Source: Mizuhopecten yessoensis (Eukaryota). Taken from it: a DNA stretch of 64,000 nt. How positions within the stretch are numbered: the first letter of the stretch is position 1; the number at the start of each line of letters is the position of its first letter. Location of the stretch: assembly GCF_002113885.1 (NCBI RefSeq), contig NW_018407439.1:58638-122637 (forward strand). Direction: 5' to 3'. Both the position numbers and the translations under genes were made by a program. Shown in pieces: positions 13,701 to 23,060 of this stretch. Under the pieces are notes generated by a model that did no database searches, was not told the origin of the DNA, and saw only the letters and a list, made by a program, of their open reading frames with translations.

Positions 13701-16700
13701 GGTAGAAGTATCTTCGCCAAAATATGTCACATCAATATCTAAGATAAAAAAATAAATATATATATCAAATCATACTGACAATTAAGTTGTCTTATTTTTG
13801 GTTTTACAACAAGTACATTGTAGATGTTCCTGCTGAGACAGATTGAAGGGCTTACCTGTATAACAATGTCATGGATCACATCATACTCGTCTGCCTCATC
13901 CAGAAGTTGAGTGAAGTCCTCTATGAACGTAGAACTGCTGACACAAGGAACATCTGTAACACTGAATTTTGTTGTTCTATTTATGACTGGTGCAGTGGTG
14001 AAACATCAAGTCGCTTGTTCATGACTTGATAAAAGCCAAGTTCTCTTTAACTCAATCAGGAGAACACTGGACTAGTAATCTGTAGTTCTGGGTTCAATTT
14101 CAGTGGCATTTGAACAAGTGACCTCTGTTACTGTAAATGCGTAGAAATGGCTACTTCCATTTTATTGATATGTTTAATACATAATACAGTATTTGTTAGA
14201 GAAAATGTAAAAATATTAGATAGACCTGATCTATAAAAGGAAATCAAGCATTATCATGATATTAAAACCTTAAGTTTTCTTGATTGATTAACAAATCAAA
14301 AAATTCAAATAAATCACATAAAGCAGGTTTTTTTTTTTTTTGGATTAAGCAATTAACATTAAAGAGAACAATTTTGATGCTTTGGAAGTTTAAATTCAAT
14401 CAAATATCAATATTAAATACATGGTCACTTTAAAATTCAGTCAGATTTCTTGAATAACATTTATCAACCACTGGTTGTGAAGTTTTAGTGATCTTGTCAT
14501 TAGAGGAGATAAATAATGTCCTACCACAGATTGACCAGTGCCTGCTGCACAGCGTAGTTACGTCCTTTGATGTCAGTCTGGATGAAGAGTCCACGATGGA
14601 TTTGTGGGATCCTGTGAACCTGAACCTCCTCATCTCCATCCTTCAGCATCAGGTCCAGCAGGCTCATACTAAACTCATCAGGACGGTGGTCACCATGGCC
14701 ACGACCTCGCTCACCTACAATCACATACCTATAATATTACATTGTGCTAAATTTGTAGTGTGTCTTGTTAGTTTAATGTATTGTCAATTCATAATGAATG
14801 TTTTTATGTTGGGTTGTTCTCCTTTAATTGACTTAATTGACTATTTAGGCCAATAAAATGGTTCATGACCTCAGAATTCATGATAAATTTTAGTCAGAAT
14901 AATTGTGTGTATGTATTATGCAGAATTCATGATTGATTTTAGTCGGAATAATTGTGTGTAGGGATTATGCAGAATTCATGATTGATTTTAGTCGGAACAT
15001 ATGTGTGTATGTATTATGCAGAATTCATGATTGATTTTTGTCGGAATAATTGTGTGTAGGGATTATGCAGAATTCATGATTGATTTTAGTCGGAATAAAT
15101 GTGGGTAGATACATATTATGGAGTTTCAGTAGATTGATTGATAATTTCAAGTTTATCTCCTTGCTAGATATTATCAAGAGTAATGCAATATTCTCCAGAT
15201 AATATAAGAAGCTGCTACATTGACATCAACACTGACTCACTTTTACTGTTCAGCCTGGTTAGGACTATAAATTACAGATCTAGTGTTTGTAGGAAGCTAT
15301 TTCATACAAAATGAAATGTACATGCATTATTTTTCATTTGTGTTAGCAACTTGCAGCAACAACATGGAGGGTTTTTAGAAACGATTATTATTAAACGATA
15401 GGCTTATGGTAACCATTGATCCATCATAAAATTTCAATTGATTCCCAACACTAATTGTAAGAAGAGACTTTGACTTTGGATCTTCACGATAAATGAAAAG
15501 CAAATGTAGTAAAGCATGATGTGTTGTATGTACAAATGGATCTATTCTGACAATGCTATATGCATCCAACCACCCAATGTTATGATGGGACATGTAGTGA
15601 TATTTTTACCCCATTTTTAGTGTTGTACAACGTGGTTAAAAATTTTCACAAATAGAAGTTTATCTTGGGGCATTGAATTCAAGCTTCAAGCTTTGTTTAC
15701 ATAGGAGGTTGTTTGAGCGCAATCAAACAAAATTTCCCCAATATCATACATCCGTAACATGTCGTAAAATTCCCAATTCTTTGTGTCCGTGCAGTAAAAT
15801 TCCCAATAAAAAAAGGCACCGGCCCTTTGGAAAAAAAAGTTAAAAAATCACTGGCATGATACAATATTTTTTACCTTTAGTCTTGCCATGTTGTTTACCT
15901 TTAGTCTTGCCATGTTGTTGAGTGGTGTCTTTAGAACTATTTGGCTTTGCGGCTGTGATAGTACCCAGGAAGCCCTCACCCTTCTCTGTGATGATCCCTA
16001 TGGTAGACCTGCTGAGACTCACATCCTTTACAATGAGCTGACGACGTATGCGCCACTGGCATTGCCTCAGCTTGGGTAGTGATGCTCGCCATATCAACAC
16101 CTACAAACATAGAAGTCAGGGACATTTTCTATTGGTCTATTACACGAGGATATGGTCTACTGGTCTACAACAAAAGGTTAATACATACCTGTCAAGCCAC
16201 CCAATTCGGGAAGGTTGATCTTGATAATTCAGAACTTAAAAAAAGGAAATTTCACCAACAATGATGTCCCATGTGGGTAATTCCACTTTTTGTTCTTTTT
16301 GTGATTTAAAGTTCTCATGAAACTCTATATGTAGTTGGTAGCGAAATTGTAAATACATGTTTTGAAACTAATCAACTGATTTGTAGTCTATCCATTGGTA
16401 AGAAGTAGTATCCATGTTGTGTATGACTTACAGAGCCAGATTCACTGAGCAGAACCACCACTAGTTCAGATCCTCCCTCTTCCCTGATGATGTCCAGGTC
16501 AGTGTTGTGGTCAAGGTTCCCTCCGGATATTAACAATTTAGTGACCTCTTGTAACCTTCAATGACAAAAATTGTAAACTACTCTAGATTTCGATACAGCA
16601 AACATTTAGATATCAACTTTATTTTATTGCATTTCAAAGTAAATGTGCTTGGTCTGTTAAGTTCACATTCATATTGAGGGCCCTCAAATTATAGGAAAAA

Positions 16701-19700
16701 TGTATCACACAATATGCTATAGGACTATAACTAATATGGTTCGCTTTTTTCTGTATTAATTAAATTTAACTACTCAGTAATAGCACAAAAGATTAGGCCC
16801 AAAAAATTTGATTACTTGGTTCTCAGGCCCGCGCGCATTTCATGGCAGTGTGCGCATTGCCGATTTTATCGTGAAAGTAATAAAAAAAAAATCGTGAATG
16901 CGCCAGCCGCCATCTTTAAAAAATAATCCAGAAAATTGGTCCGCATGTCATTTTTACTCGTTAGTCACCCAAGTGCCAAAAACGTTTGAATAAGGCTACA
17001 TTTGCGTATCCGGTTGAACCTGTAAAGAAAACGTCAGGTACAGATTTGGACCGAGGCTGACCTCAGGAAAATTTAGCACGTGTAGATTGAGGGGTCCAGA
17101 CGTACCTTACCGAAACTAAAAGGCTGACTATTGCCAATTTGCGTTATTTCTTAAACAATGTCAAGCCACATGTAATTTTTAAGATACGTTATGTAAATTA
17201 GTGGACGCGTGAGAGAAGGGCATAATATTCTTGATACATTGTTTTTTATTCTCCGAAACTGTACATTTTTAGCTCTGCTTATAGAACGGTCCAAGTATGT
17301 TCATTTATCGTGGAAAATTTCTGCGCAACACGTACCGTTTCAAACGGAATATGCGAATGTAGCCTAGATGTGAGGATTGAGATACAGGCAAGCATTAAAA
17401 TGATTATGACTTATTAGTCTTGTGTACAAATGGCACTCAATTCGGTACAAATAAGGAATGGGGGGTTCGTGATTCTAGTTTGGAACATTGTGGGGGGATT
17501 TTCGGATGCTTGCTCTATGACGGGTCTCTACACAACTATAAAAAGACAAGGTAATGTCCACAATGAACGTTTTACAAACTACACAATAAAAAAAAATCGC
17601 CCTCGTCTCGTTTTTGCCATGTAAAATGAAAAAACAATAACCCGCCCTGCCGCATCTATTTTGAAAAAAAATGGCCTGAGAAACAAGTAATTAATTTCAT
17701 TTGGCCTTACCCAGAATGTGTTTTAAAGCAGAGCCACTGTAACCTTGACATATGTGAATTATATTTGTACTTACTTGGAGGCTATTTTCCTACACTGGTA
17801 CTCGTGTATGACATACAGGTCACCCTTGCCTGTCAGAATAACGATGGCAGCATCAGAACTTGCTGCTAGACTTATCACCATGTCACTGTGATTGAGGGCG
17901 GCCACCAGCCTGGGCTGGCTCTGCTTCTCTGTACCCTTGGAGTGACCTTCAAATGAACAGTGTCAAAAACTGCACACTTATTACAGAATACACACTGCTT
18001 TTTATCATGTTAATTTAATTTCATTATTAAAAAAAAAAAAAAAAGTTTATTCTGGAGGGTTATATAATAATTAGTTTACTACCGGTATTTGGAGATTTCA
18101 GAGACCAAATATAAGACTTTGTGTTCTGAACATAAATCATTTATTAAACTTGGCCTATAAAATATCTTCTTCATTCTGGAATAAAATCTACAAAATAGGT
18201 GAATTTCGTTAACCTAAACTTGTTTAATAGTCCAGATATATAAAATTTGGTGATTTTTTTCTTGACAAAGCAGCATGGACTTTTAAAACAATGAATGAAA
18301 ATTTTGTAAGAATAAAGGTCAATAATATATTCAAGTTCATTTAAGAGTTGAGCTTCAACGAAGCTTTCCTAAATGTATTTATTACTAAAAGTGACACTTT
18401 TGGCTAGGTTGTATTTACTGGTAAGTAACTGACTTACCAAGTTGTCCTGCATTAAGTCCAAAAGTGAAAACAGAATCTGAGGTAAACATGGCAGTGTGGA
18501 AGCGACCAGCACACACACTCAGGATCGTCTTACTCTTGTGACTCTTGTTTGAGACCTGTGAAGAAATACATTGTTTATGTTGATAAAGCAGGCACAATAA
18601 ACGGTGTGTTCCAGTCACAGGCTAATTATTACAATACCTTTTTGTTTTAGCAGAATTTAAATCTTACAATGTAATTCTATTAAAATATTTTAAAGAAGTT
18701 TTATTAATATTTGGCCTGACAAGGGAATTGAGATTGAAACACACCTGCTTGGGAATCAAACTTTTCCCAGTAGAAGGCATTGGGAACTGTCCTAGCTGGT
18801 GGTTGTCATTCATTCCACAACTGTACACAGCACCACTGTCAATATAACACATACCACATGATAAATTTTGCAACTTTTCTAGAATGCAGAAGAGGTAGAG
18901 ACTGTCTTTTGTCAATTTCTGGCCAACCTATACCATAAGATAGGCTTAATATTATGAGCTTTGGAATGAAGTGTTTCTTAAATTTGTTTTTACAAATAAC
19001 TAAAAGAGGATTACAAAAGAATGTTTAAACCTTTGCATCAGAAGGACGGTGTGGTCTTGTCCTGCTGCTACTTGTGTACAAACTTCATCCTTGACAGCTT
19101 CCACAAGTCTTGGTACCTGTAATACAGCCAAGGAAATCATCCTGTACTATACAATATCATCAAAGCATGCTTATTATATATCCTTCAAAAACAGAGAATG
19201 AAAAAGGAACCATGCCATATCCATATTGAATACAGTACTACAGAATGCAAAGCTCACCATACAAACTCTAAGACCAAACAAAAATATTTCTTTTTTTTCT
19301 GGTAACCCTACATATCTGACTTTTTTGTGCCTAACCTAAACTTTTAAGGCAATTTTCAAAGAGACACTGTTAAATTCAAGGTCACTCTCCTGTATAAACC
19401 ACATAAAAATATTTTTTTAAATAAAATTAGTTTCCTAGCTATCAACCCTAAATATTTCAAACATGTTACAGAAAATTGTGCTTTTTTGTTTGGCCTAAGT
19501 CATGTCAAATCATTCAATAATGACAATACAAATTGTCCAGATTATATATTCAGTGATCAATTTGACAGCAACTGCAGACTTAAAATGAAAAGAAATATAA
19601 ATTTACATTGGAAATTGGCTTTATAACTGAGAACAGACAATAGATGATATCGCGACCAGTGGAACTCTTCAAATAGGAGGGGATTTAACTGTACTCGCTG

Positions 19701-21459
19701 GGGCAACAGATATATAAACAACATGGCAGCGCCAAAACATTCAGATACGAATTTCCACGAACTTCCATGTAATGAATTGGGTAATATTTTAAAGTCAAAA
19801 GGTATCACCTACTATAAATAAGAAAAAGGGGGAGCTAGTACACCTATGATAGCAAGCAGACATGTTAAATTGGCAAGATATTGAAAAGAGGACGAAGTTA
19901 AAGCGTCACAGCTGTGACGGACCGTCAGCGGCGTACAGAGTATCGTGTGTTACCTTTATGTAAATGAAATGTCAGAAGGCTTGTTTTGGACGAACAATTT
20001 GATTGGAATGTCATTACTAAATGCATTTGATGTGACCTCTATTCTTGTGAGTTATTTGTGTTGGTTCAATACAGTGAAGGTGTGTCATATTGTTTAGACA
20101 TGGCAGATTATTTTGCCCCCGTATCCTCGCATTCTCACGCGAGACTTGTGCATTTTCCGGCAAGAACACTTCGAAGGGGAGTAACTCGTGGATGGTCGCG
20201 ATAACAAGTATTGCAACAAAACAACTTACCACACACGTTTCCTCATCCCCATGGCCGAGTCGCCCTCCATGGCCGTGACCACAGCTGTATACCTGACCCG
20301 TCACTGTCAGGAACACTGTGTGATACTTACACAGAACCACCTGTAACATCAATAAACACAACAATGATTCAATAGAATTTGTGAACATGTATTATCATTG
20401 CTCTTCTAATCTGCAGTGCAGTGTAAATTTAGAAGTTACTTTTCAATCTATTCAGTTTATCAAACACACACATGCAGTGTCACTTTTTAATGAATTCACA
20501 TATCTTACATTTTTTACACTAATATTTTGCTTTCTGAAAATCTCCACAGCTTCTGGATAGGTCCGACGGTTTTCACTAGAATGTCCAAGGGTGATGTTGG
20601 AATTATCTCCCCATGTGAAAGTTTCAGTTGGATCTGAAAATGAAATGACATAGATGTCAATATTGCAATAGAATTGCTAGAAGCATGAGAAACTCAGGTT
20701 AAAAATCTCAATACCAATCAATGCATACCTGTGGATGAAAAGGAAACATAAACTGGTCGATCTTTGGACAGCAGGTCGAGTGGTCCTAGTCCCTCATTGT
20801 CTCTCGTGTACATGTCACTGTTGTACTGTCAAATTAGAACAAACATACATCAATTATACAACAATACATTTTGTATCTCAGCAAATCTGATAGACATACA
20901 TTTCATAAGTTTTCATATTATCATTCATAATTAAATGACTTTTTTTTACCTTGAAATATTCCAGTATCTTCAATTACTATGGTTGTCTTTAAAATGCCAT
21001 TTTACATATTTTGGAGTTTTGCCCCTTTTTTAAATAGAAAAAGGTTTGGGCATCAGAGTATCAACAATGACATAAACCAGAATCAAACACTTGAGTACTT
21101 TTACTTCATATATGTTACTGTCAGGTAGGATGTTTCACCTGGATAAGGAGTCGCATGGTAGCGAGATGTCCATAGAATGCAGCCCTGTGTAAAGCTGTCC
21201 AGCCTGACTCCATGTCTTTGGATGTGAGATCTCCATGCTTTTCATTTAACAACCATTCTGCGATGTCTATTTTACCACAGGCAGCAGCAACATGGAGCGG
21301 CCATCGTCCATAACTGTCGCAGAACTGAGTGGCAGAGTAACACAACTTGCTATATGCCTGGACCTCCTGTAGGTTTCCCTTCGTAACAGCGCAGAGAAAC
21401 TCCAGGGCATGTTGTCGCGACCGACATTTTGGGCCACATTCTGGCTCATATCCTGGCAT
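7628..21459 (-). CDS. IBTK: Inhibitor of Bruton tyrosine kinase (IBTK) ortholog, spliced CDS span (24 coding exons, 4152 nt, 1383 aa)
   Basis: Manual exon assembly with GT-AG ends and matching phases throughout. N-terminus CGPKCRSRQHAL...KDMESGWTALHRAAFYGH (ankyrin), RCC1 repeats (GQVYSCGHGHGGRLGHG, CAGRFHT), two BTB domains (AHKYILLSRSDYF; CHKCVLVARLEYF) and C-terminus IQIEEQAIQELLVYY...PLW all match the IBTK family as I recall it. Confidence 0.96.
8185..8407 (-). CDS. IBTK: IBTK coding exon 23
   Basis: WGIPTG...NPWTK...SFTDIVKDEEQRFETLAKLARKPLGLIQ|GTAGGT; 223 nt. Confidence 0.9.
8643..8789 (-). CDS. IBTK: IBTK coding exon 22
   Basis: GDVNTTVKPFRDLMSED...PTV|GTAATG; 147 nt. Confidence 0.85.
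9100..9258 (-). CDS. IBTK: IBTK coding exon 21
   Basis: IKSPIKSSSKFSWKEAKK...PACP(W)|GTAAAC; 159 nt. Confidence 0.85.
9604..9983 (-). CDS. IBTK: IBTK coding exon 20 (low complexity)
   Basis: ttcag|SPVEDSK...SLREIMEEENR|GTAGGG; 380 nt; phases fit. Confidence 0.86.
10256..10640 (-). CDS. IBTK: IBTK coding exon 19
   Basis: HLDVLSDDVLAGLTTYY...MSRRIVTPYFDGP...TEAVQ|GTACTA; 385 nt. Confidence 0.88.
10797..10914 (-). CDS. IBTK: IBTK coding exon 18 (BACK-like)
   Basis: NLKNVSEILEFSCVYNAHQLRAACQEFIVINLAAMFEG|GTATGT; 118 nt. Confidence 0.92.
11074..11175 (-). CDS. IBTK: IBTK coding exon 17
   Basis: CVNAEFLCNILVSADQLLISRLKEICEVSITTL|GTAAGG; 102 nt. Confidence 0.92.
11488..11584 (-). CDS. IBTK: IBTK coding exon 16 (BTB2)
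   Basis: TSNTKSLSLPVSGDILVILVDFLYTDSSVKVE|GTGGGT; 97 nt. Confidence 0.9.
12198..12318 (-). CDS. IBTK: IBTK coding exon 15 (BTB2)
   Basis: CDLYDVSIQSDSDTVIHCHKCVLVARLEYFHSMLGSGWVE|GTAAGT; 121 nt. Confidence 0.94.
12732..12821 (-). CDS. IBTK: IBTK coding exon 14
   Basis: LETVKYVNGGIELAKKHSTVPKMKFDRHK; TT|GTGAGT; 90 nt. Confidence 0.88.
13035..13498 (-). CDS. IBTK: IBTK coding exon 13 (BTB1)
   Basis: AGGHTWPAHKYILLSRSDYF...HPDIFEQLLTFLYTDTC...NPVKMLMDAAKKFGVKGL; 464 nt. Confidence 0.93.
13856..13961 (-). CDS. IBTK: IBTK coding exon 12
   Basis: VTDVPCVSSSTFIEDFTQLLDEADEYDVIHDIVIQ|GTAAGC; 106 nt; acceptor is A-rich but is the only one in phase. Confidence 0.85.
14525..14714 (-). CDS. IBTK: IBTK coding exon 11
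   Basis: ERGRGHG...RIPQIHRGLFIQTDIKGRNYAVQQALVNL; TG|GTAGGA; 190 nt. Confidence 0.85.
14872..15120. repeat. 49-bp intronic minisatellite (about 5 units)
   Basis: GCAGAATTCATGATTGATTTTAGTCGGAATAATTGTGTGTATGTATTAT repeated. Confidence 0.9.
15241..15264 (-). CDS. IBTK: Candidate 24-nt cassette microexon of IBTK (VLTRLNSK)
   Basis: atttatag|TCCTAACCAGGCTGAACAGTAAAA|GTGAGT; symmetric phase 1, no stop, lies in a phase-1 intron. Confidence 0.5.
15899..16100 (-). CDS. IBTK: IBTK coding exon 10 (alternative in-frame donor extends it to 15875)
   Basis: VLIWRASLPKLRQCQWRIRRQLIVKDVSL...GEGFLG...; two AAAG|GTAAA donors 24 nt apart. Confidence 0.85.
16432..16555 (-). CDS. IBTK: IBTK coding exon 9
   Basis: LQEVTKLLISGGNLDHNTDLDIIREEGGSELVVVLLSESGS|GTAAGT; 124 nt. 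Confidence 0.9.
16796..17706. mobile_element. PIF/Harbinger (Tourist-like) MITE in an IBTK intron
   Basis: About 35-bp TIRs GGCCCAAAAAATTTGATTACTTGGTTCTCAGGCC / GGCCTGAGAAACAAGTAATTAATTTCATTTGGCC, with TTA on both flanks (TSD). Confidence 0.8.
16994..17364. mobile_element. Second PIF/Harbinger-type MITE nested inside the first
   Basis: TIRs GGCTACATTTGCGTATCCGGTTGAA / TTCAAACGGAATATGCGAATGTAGCC; flanks TAA / TAG. Confidence 0.7.
17775..17946 (-). CDS. IBTK: IBTK coding exon 8
   Basis: GHSKGTEKQSQPRLVAALNH...AASSDAAI...EYQCRKIAS|GTAAGT; 172 nt. Confidence 0.92.
18438..18555 (-). CDS. IBTK: IBTK coding exon 7 (RCC1)
   Basis: VSNKSHKSKTILSVCAGRFHTAMFTSDSVFTFGLNAGQL|GTAAGT; 118 nt. Confidence 0.92.
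18745..18835 (-). CDS. IBTK: IBTK coding exon 6 (RCC1)
   Basis: SGAVYSCGMNDNHQLGQ...IPKQ|GTGTGT; 91 nt. Confidence 0.9.
19031..19116 (-). CDS. IBTK: IBTK coding exon 5 (RCC1)
   Basis: VPRLVEAVKDEVCTQVAAGQDHTVLLMQ; weak donor AG|GTTTAA but phase fits; 86 nt. Confidence 0.88.
19272..19495. mobile_element. Short Harbinger-type MITE
   Basis: TAA|GACCAAACAAAAA ... TTTTTTGTTTGGCC|TAA. Confidence 0.6.
20230..20340 (-). CDS. IBTK: IBTK coding exon 4 (RCC1)
   Basis: VVLCKYHTVFLTVTGQVYSCGHGHGGRLGHGDEETCV|GTAAGT; 111 nt. Confidence 0.94.
20509..20633 (-). CDS. IBTK: IBTK coding exon 3 (RCC1)
   Basis: DPTETFTWGDNSNITLGH...ISVKN|GTAAGA; 125 nt. Confidence 0.92.
20729..20825 (-). CDS. IBTK: IBTK coding exon 2
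   Basis: gacag|YNSDMYTRDNEGLGPLDLLSKDRPVYVSFSST|GTATGC; 97 nt. Confidence 0.92.
21139..21459 (-). CDS. IBTK: IBTK coding exon 1 (ATG, ankyrin repeats)
   Basis: MPGYEPECGPKCRSRQH...LLIQ; donor CAG|GTGAAA; 321 nt, phase 0. Confidence 0.93.
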
Positions 21460-21758
21460 TCTGCAGGTGTCTTCATAAATCTTTTAAGATTTTATACAAT
21501 ATTTATTTTTCTCTTAGTTCACTCTAGTGTATTTACTGTCTTAATATTTTATATCAATAAGGCAAAGTTAATTTTCTCTGCAACCTTGACACCTTTCTTT
21601 TCTTTGCCCTTAATGCTGAGACTTGTTACCTGGACAACATTTGACTACAATTAAAGCTGCCTGGATCTGTAGCTGGATACCAGCCAGATTAATGGATGCC
21701 CATGATAGGGCAGCCATCACAAGGTTTCTTCTTAAACAGCCATAATTGTATTCTACAC
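21460..21758 (-). promoter_or_regulatory. IBTK 5' leader (non-coding part of the ATG exon) containing five uORF starts
   Basis: Acceptor tttctaacttcag at 21760-21759, with no usable acceptor nearer the ATG. ATGs at 21743 (MAV*), 21717 (35 aa), 21703 (MGIH*), 21640 (MLSR*) and 21476 (69 aa, overlaps the CDS). Confidence 0.7.
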
Positions 21759-22915
21759 CTGAAGTTAGAAACGTTAGTTAGAACAATCCATGATAAAAAT
21801 ATATATAATATACACACTTTAAAATGTCCATCATAAGTATACAAGTAAAATTAAAGCTTCAGCATGTTCACATGTTCTATATTCACACATCGAATGGTTC
21901 CCGTCAGAAAATAGTTGTCAAAACATTTCATTGTTCAGTCTGACATTCTGGTTCAAGTTTTAGGCATGTACTACTAATATAATGAGATAGTGTCATGTTA
22001 TTAAAACTTACAGCACTTTACCAATCTACATTTTGCTTCATCATATCTTACTGTTGAATATATAGTCAAATACATATCATGTTTAATTGTTTATGGTCAG
22101 ATGCATGTGATAATTACATGTAGGTCACTGCACCTTACTATCCTTTGCCCTTGGTCAGACTGAACAATATTTGATATTGGTGCTAAAATTAGGTGACTAA
22201 ATTTGATATTTTTGCTCTAACAAAAAAACTATACATGTGCAAATTTACTTTCCCAAAAGCCTCCAATATATGGGTATATTGCACATACATGTACAAACAA
22301 GTAAGCTAGTCTCTATTAGCTGACAATGTTTGTTCTTTTTTTTTACATGATTTATTAGAGCAGAAATAATAAGCATCCATTAATCCTATTGGTATATATA
22401 TGATGAAAAGATAATAGGGAAAATTGATCCAGAGGTTGACCACGTTACACTGTTTTAGGATGAAATGACAAAACTTGTGGCAAGCATAATGCACACCTTA
22501 CGAGAGTTTGCATTGTAAAGCCTGCCATTTTTTGCAAATAATTCATCACTTTTCGACAATTGTTTTGCATATGAGACTTTATCAGAGTCTAGCAGTTTAT
22601 GAGTGACCCGAACTTTGTTGTTTTACTCCAATACGAATCGTAATTCGCTGATTGCATAACGTTCAGAAATTGTCGGCCTTACAGGATATATTTATTCGAA
22701 CATACATTTTTCTTACAATGATTGAAAATATTTTTCGTTTGTTCTAAAATGTCATGAAAAATTGCGTTGACCACTTAAGAAAGTTTACATACGTGTAGAA
22801 CCACGGAATTAGATTCGTGGTAGAACGTGATACTGATATAGCCGGGAAAGCACTGCATCATCAAAGATAGGTTTTGCATCGAAATATATATTTTATAAAA
22901 ATATCAGTCATTCAC

Positions 22916-23060
22916 CTGGATTAAATTGCAATGGAGTAGAAAAAGAAGCAGACAAATTTTCCTAAAATCGCAACAACACTGGAAGACATCCTAGATTAGT
23001 AAATATGTTCAATGACAGACGATGCCCTCATTTTTGCCAACTCCGCGAACATGAAGATTA
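22916..23060 (-). promoter_or_regulatory. Candidate non-coding first exon / promoter of IBTK
   Basis: Locally CpG-enriched. Donor CAG|GTGAAT at 22916/22915, with an alternative C|GTATGT at 22793/22792. Contains two more short ORFs (23031-22996, 22989-22921). TSS not visible. Confidence 0.35.

Noticed and set aside
13962-13986. Stronger-looking upstream acceptor (caccag at 13987) for coding exon 12
   Set aside because: It needs a phase-1 donor, and coding exon 11 offers only a phase-2 donor. The 13961 start also preserves the spacing I recall from vertebrate IBTK.
8132-14856. Plus-strand ORFs 8132-8446, 9622-9987, 10457-10768 and 14488-14856
   Set aside because: Antisense shadows of IBTK exons.
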